Positions 61,701 to 64,000 of a stretch of 64,000 nt of DNA are shown here, piece after piece; position 1 is the first letter of the stretch; every line of letters starts with the position of its first letter. This DNA is from Azolla caroliniana. Taxonomy: Eukaryota; Plantae; Polypodiophyta. The DNA lies in the NCBI GenBank assembly GCA_043228905.1, contig JBHGNT010000008.1, forward strand, positions 3,968,001-4,032,000. Reading direction: 5' to 3'. The notes beneath the pieces were generated by a model. That model was not told where the DNA came from. It made no database searches and saw only the letters and a program-made list of their open reading frames with translations. The position numbers were made by a program, and so were the translations under genes.

Positions 61701-63863
61701 TTCGCCTAAAGCTTTTCTTTGAGCAGGTTGATTCTTTGAGCCTATGATTATATGGTTGTGGTAATTTAGAGTCTTGAAAGTGCCATTATTTCTTAGAAAG
61801 AATTTCTCTGTTTGTTACCAGTTTGGTGTCAAATCAGCAGTATTGAATGCCCAATTACCGCAAAATTCGAGGTTGCATATACTCCAGGTATGCTTTTCAC
61901 TGGTTCTGTATATCATTAAATGTTGATGAGCAAGGGATAACTTTAATACTAATGGCCATATTTTCTGTATAGGAGTTCAACCTTGGCTTATTTGATCATC
62001 TGATTGCCACAGATGATGGTAAGCTTGTGGAAGGGAATCAAGCTCAAAGATCTACCCATGGGAAAGAGAAAGGTGAACCAAATCCTAGTGGGAAGAAGAA
62101 AAATGGAAAGCAGACTATTTCAGACTCTGAATTTGGAGTTGTACGCGGAATTGATTTCAAGAATGTTCAGACTGTAAGTGTTCAGAGCAGATATAGGAAT
62201 TATACGTGGCAATATCACTGAACTCAACATGTTGTGATATTTAATATGTTTAAAAATCAAATGACTTTGTTGTCTTGTCATTTGGGTTTTTATTTGGCAT
62301 CTCCCTAGTGTGACCAAAATGGTAACATGGTTCTTCAGTGGTGTCTAAACATGTTTCACTGTAATTGCATTCATGGCAGCTCCATATTTAGTTTCCTTTG
62401 TCTCTGAATGTTTTTTCCTATCAATAGGTAATCAATTTTGATGCACCAAAAACACCTTCAGGTTATGTGCATCGAATTGGGCGGACAGGTCGTGCCCAAT
62501 CAACAGGTGCAGCTATTTCCCTTGTAAGTATTATCTCAGAGCTATTTCCAGATATATGTATCAGTTCACAAAATGTATTCGCTTTCTCCTGGAGATCATT
62601 GCTTGTCGATATGCTACAAGAGTTAATACCACATTCTTGATTGAAGAAATAGATGTTGGCATATGGCCTCAGGGATATCGTTTCTACAATCTATAGTAAT
62701 CACAAGACTCTTGCTCTCTTGTTAGAAATCTGTACATACTGTTTTACCCATAATTTATGAAACTGGCTAATATACATGAATCTTGAAAAAGCACAACAAT
62801 CAGGAAAATAAAAAGTTTAACCAGTTTGTGGCCTGTTTTGTAGATTTCTCCAGAAGATGAAAAACTCTTCAAAGACATTGAAGACATGTTAAGTGAAGGC
62901 AGCAGCAGTGGAAAAACGAAGCACATCACAGAATTTCCTTTTCTTACGAAGAATGCTGTGGAGTCTTTAAGATATAGAGCTGAGGTACAAAGAACCAATT
63001 TATTTGATTTCTTGGTTTTTGTTTACCTGCTAGGGATTATTGTGGTAAATTAAACTGCCTTTTAGCTGTCCGTGCCCCAGATATTCATTAGTTGAGTTTA
63101 TGCGTCAGATTGTACAAATTTTGTGCACTTGTTCTTATGCGCATATTTGTTTAGATTGTTATTTGCAGCTCTTTCTATGTATTATCATGGTTCCCATTGT
63201 GGTGGTTTTGTTCATGATGTTTTTGAGTCACCATGTGACTTTTGACATAAATCGATGTCTACATATTTTCGTCCATGATATACCATAATTTTAGCCTCAA
63301 TTTCTTGGAGTCGCCACAAAAGACCTTTGGTCTTATGTCATAAAAATTCAAAATTTAACCTAACTTAATTGGTTTATGCTTCTAGTCATTGGGCTTCTAA
63401 CAAACAGTTTGGTTTCAATTATACCCTGTATTTTCTCGCATCACCTGTTTGAATATTTTTTTAGTTGTCTTTAAATTTTAACAAGATTTGATAAAAGCTG
63501 GCATATTCTCTCAGATTCTTTGAGTATGCATACCATTGCTACAAGATGTTGTTATGCTTGCCTAATCTCCTCTAGAAGTGATTGGTTAAACAATCAAATT
63601 TAATTTAGTGATATTATTACGATGGTTGACTGAAATAATTTAATCCAAAAACTGGGTTTCCTTGCAGGATGTGGCTAGGGGAGTGACAAAAGTTGCGATA
63701 AAGGAAGCACAAGCTAAGGAGCTAAGATTAGAAATTCTGAACTCTGAAAGGTTTGAGCTGTTTGAAATGGAATACTTTTAGGTTATGATGTCTAGTTCAT
63801 TGTAATCACATGGATATATGCACAGGCTAAAAGCTCATTTTGAAGACAATCCTACTGATCTTG
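58758..63863 (+). CDS. DDX56: DEAD-box RNA helicase DDX56/Dbp9 (plant RH16) ortholog; 3' end outside the window
   Basis: Exons 58758-58943, 60259-60504, 60589-60717, 60911-61011, 61105-61222, 61595-61726, 61822-61887, 61973-62173, 62428-62523, 62844-62984, 63668-63750, 63826-63863. Motifs [68 protein letters not shown]. Confidence 0.92.
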
Positions 63864-64000
63864 GTAAGACTGAATAAAACATCAATTTTTTGTTTCATGT
63901 GTTGAAATCTCTGGTTTTGCGGGTAAATTGGTTTTCTTTTCATAATGTCATATATCCTATAGGTGTAGAAGATTAATAACGAAGAAAGAACCCTCTAAGA

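Overview
Eukaryotic land-plant genomic DNA; the TE repertoire suggests a non-seed plant such as a fern (inference). Most of the window is a nest of transposons around two spliced host genes: a GH32 acid invertase (31107-35673, with the 9-nt DPN mini-exon) and a DDX56/Dbp9-type DEAD-box helicase (58758 to beyond the window end). TEs resolved by hand: a Gypsy element with a gag-PR / -1 frameshift / RT-RH-INT layout, plus relatives (one with a tRNA-Trp PBS) that appear to target ACGT with 4-bp TSDs; an Athila-like Gypsy with a ~970-codon 3' extra ORF inserted into a Copia RT, with the empty site present in a second Copia copy; a self-priming chromovirus inside a non-autonomous hAT element; a Copia nested in an RT-less Copia; L1 and RTEX-like LINEs; solo LTRs; hAT and Mutator-like MITEs. 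No prokaryotic-type system is present. The best leads are antisense tRNA-like (A/B-box) modules at the outer end of two different LTRs, the ACGT-targeting Gypsy clade with a slippery site plus pseudoknot after protease and a conserved U5 motif, and the large coiled-coil extra ORF. Coordinates were read by eye and no database searches were run.
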